Assembly: GCA_008632985.1 (NCBI GenBank)
Contig: QPGO01000132.1
Span: 186,001-233,848 of the forward strand
Reading direction: 5' to 3'
Length of the DNA: 47,848 bases
Origin: Psammoneis japonica
Lineage: Eukaryota
Numbering within the stretch: the stretch's first letter is position 1; every line of letters begins with the position of its first letter. This document shows positions 45,288 through 47,848 of this stretch, piece after piece. Both the position numbers and the translations under genes were made by a program. Under the pieces are notes generated by a model. The model ran no database searches. It was not told the DNA's origin and saw only the letters and a program-made list of their open reading frames with translations.

Positions 45288-47404
45288 AAACCTGACCTCC
45301 ACTGATCACACCGGAATCACTCTGACGTGCTCCAATTGCAAGCACTCCACCAGAGCTGCTCAGCGACACAGACCAGCCAAAGGAATCGCTCAAAGCTTGT
45401 CCCAACAGTGTTTGACCAAGCTGTTGCCACGAGCCGTCCTTGCATTGAAATGCTCGAACCGATCCCGAGTCATCACCGTTGCTCATGTCTTCCAACACAG
45501 GATCCCACAGCGACAATGTTTCCTTCTCTGTTCAGCGACACTGAAATGCCAGAGCATGCAAATGCTTGAGAACCATCAGCGTTGCTTCCGAGTTGGATCC
45601 ACCAATCCATGGAGAAACTGCATTGAAGCACTTGGACGTGACCCGCATTGGATCCGCCGCTGTTGTCGTTTTCATCTGCTCCAATGGCAACGACAGTGCC
45701 ATTTCCATTCAGCGCCATGGATTCGCCAAAGTCGTCACCCGCGGCGTCTCCCAGCAAATCTTGTCCCATGGGCATCCACAAGAGTGATGATTCGTCCGCA
45801 AGTCGAAACACAGACACGCGCCCGTGTTTGGCGGAGGTTTGTGTGGCTCCCACAGCCATGACGCGGGCGTCGTCTCGTGACAGCACCGCGGGGAGACCAA
45901 AAATGTCGGGCGCACTGTTGCCATGCAAGACTTGTCCCACCGAGATCCACGTGCCATTTTGGCAATGTTACAAAGGCGGTGTGAGATGGAGTGGGAGACA
46001 GAGTCGGTGGTCTTGCAGTTGGACTTGTCGTGGGACTCGTGGGATTTTTTGGCGATGGCTCTGGCGAGTTTCCGCCGCTGCCGCTGTTGTTTCTCATGGA
46101 CAGTGCGACAGCTGCTGCTGCCAGTGCGGCAAGAGCAACAACTAGAAACCCAATCACCGATGCAATCAGCCAAATCTGACGACTCTTTGTCACTCTCTCT
46201 GCATCTTCCGACTCATCGTTGTTGTTGACCACTTGAGCAACCTCTGCGTGAGCAATCGGAGCTGACTGACGAAATTCGTCTAGCTCCGATCGCAAATGAT
46301 CGATTTCTTGTTGCATGCTTCCCACGTCTCGTGGTGACTGTGCGACTTCAGCCTTGACCACCACAGTGCCACTCGTGTCAGGTGGCTTGACGGGAGGAAG
46401 GTGCTGCTCTTGGACAATTGTTGTGTTGTCCAACTCGGCAAAGACCGCAATGCTGTCATGGTCACCAGCACGTGGAGTCACGCCTTGTGGATTGACTGCA
46501 TGTGCCCCGGCTGCGGTTGGCATGGCAATTGGTTCTGCCATGACATTTCCGATTCCTTCTTCCTCGTCATGTTGTTGAAAACGACGATGACCACGACGCT
46601 TCTCATGCATTTCGGGAGCAAAATTTTCACAGGCGGCACGTGACACTGCCGATTGAGCAGACGAAATCATCACAGGAGAGAACAAAGCCATGGCAGAACG
46701 TACGGGAGGACTCAAGGAGACTTCATCCGACATTTCTTCAGATCCAGGTCGCCGGGAAGACCTTGTGCTCATGCCGAGCATTCCAAACTGACCGACACCG
46801 CCAATGTTTCGTCGACTGGCAGTTCTTGCCACTGCATTGCGGTGACCAATGGCAGCATCTCTTGTTTCATATAATCTCTCTTCACTCTGCAAGATGCGCT
46901 CGGCGGCTGCATCGATGTTCCGTGTTTGTAGCTCATGTTGACCAGAGCAAATCGCCTCCACTGAACGGTCCACATTTCCTCCATGTTGAGCAAGGATCGA
47001 CTCTAATTCAGCCACTGGCATGTCCTCAAACAACTCCACGAGTTGCATCAGTTCATGGCTTGACGATGACGACATGATGCTGGAAGTCTCTCTTTGAATG
47101 AATGAGGGTACGACGACGGCTGATGGCTTCATCTACCGTATCCGCGAACGCCTCGGTCGTGGATGCGAAATTTCGAAACTGAAAAACAGCCAAAAAATGA
47201 GAGTGCACCTTTTGCTTTGCTCGGACACCTTTTTCTATTATCATTCAGACTTTGTGAGACACACAAGCAAATTTTTACTTATGGAGCACAGAAACTGACA
47301 CGTCACGTACATTGAACGAAACTAAACTAACGACACCACACAAAATCGCGTGCAGTCAAATATTAATCAGGAGGTTCGCTTCTTTTCTTTTCGTCTCTCT
47401 GGCC

Positions 47405-47848
47405 ATGGCGGCGTGTTGTATTGGTGGCGTTTGCATCCCTTACAGTGCCATACTCCCATTATTGGCACTGGCATTGAAATGGCTCGCCACCAAATTGGCC
47501 GTGCTGGGAGTTTTACCCGATTCTGTAGTGGAACGGTTTGGATTACAACAACAACAAACTACCACCAAGAGCTGCTGTCAAGAAAATGCCTCCCGGAGTA
47601 TCAACACGACTGGAGCTCCGTCTGTAAGAACAATTGAATCGACAGAGGAATGGAACGACTTGATTCAAGATGAAAACAAAGTGATTGTCGTCAAGTTTAC
47701 AGCATCCTGGTGCAAACCCTGCAAAGAAATTGCTCCCTACTTTTCTCAGCTCTCCTCTGGAGACTTTGACGCGACCTTTTGTCAGGTTGATGTCGATGAT
47801 CTAGACGAGGTAGCGGCGCAACACAAGGTGGCCATGATGCCCACCTTT
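47405..47848 (+). CDS. Thioredoxin with hydrophobic N-terminal extension (runs off the window end)
   Basis: Open frame MAACCIGGVCIPYSAILPLLALALKWL...VVKFTASWCKPCKEIAPYF...VDVDDL...VAMMPT. Normal TpA content. Confidence 0.9.
   Translation, partial: MAACCIGGVCIPYSAILPLLALALKWLATKLAVLGVLPDSVVERFGLQQQQTTTKSCCQENASRSINTTGAPSVRTIESTEEWNDLIQDENKVIVVKFTASWCKPCKEIAPYFSQLSSGDFDATFCQVDVDDLDEVAAQHKVAMMPTF

Larger units (their letters stand above)
44030..47132 (-). pseudogene. CUE domain + transmembrane + FG-GAP repeat protein, disrupted by two MITEs and frameshifts
   Basis: LVELFEDMPVAELESILAQHGGNVDRSVEAI (CUE-like). TM segment IWLIASVIGFLVVALAALAAAAVAL. PTxSPT linker. Repeated FGxSVSLxxxGxxxAIGA units. 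Confidence 0.8.

Overview
Eukaryotic genomic DNA, most likely a pennate diatom (short GT-AG introns, signal peptides with ASAF-like plastid motifs, diatom-style TE ORFs; the taxon is inferred). Islands of intact genes alternate with long tracts of decayed transposons and duplicated genes. The intact genes are a tropinone-reductase-like SDR, a secreted GACC-repeat protein, a Dicer-like RNase III protein, a SAM methyltransferase, a plastid membrane protein, a Spec3/Stum-like protein, a double zf-CW protein and a thioredoxin. The main signal is that the decayed tracts have lost almost all TpA dinucleotides. Intact-versus-decayed pairs inside the window (thioredoxin, SDR, the two TIRs of a Tc1/IS630 element, MITE copies) give the direction: TA->TG or TA->CA, i.e. 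A:T->G:C. The preferred context is TAY on either strand, while YTAR (CTAG, TTAA, CTAA, TTAG) is mostly spared. In the younger tracts this happens without CpG loss. It looks like a repeat-targeted A-to-G hypermutation ('reverse RIP') genome-defence system that erases Tyr codons, stop codons, splice donors and TA target sites. Most of the hundreds of overlapping Cys/His-rich, Tyr-free ORFs in the ORF track are by-products of it. All counts are hand counts; no database searches were run.
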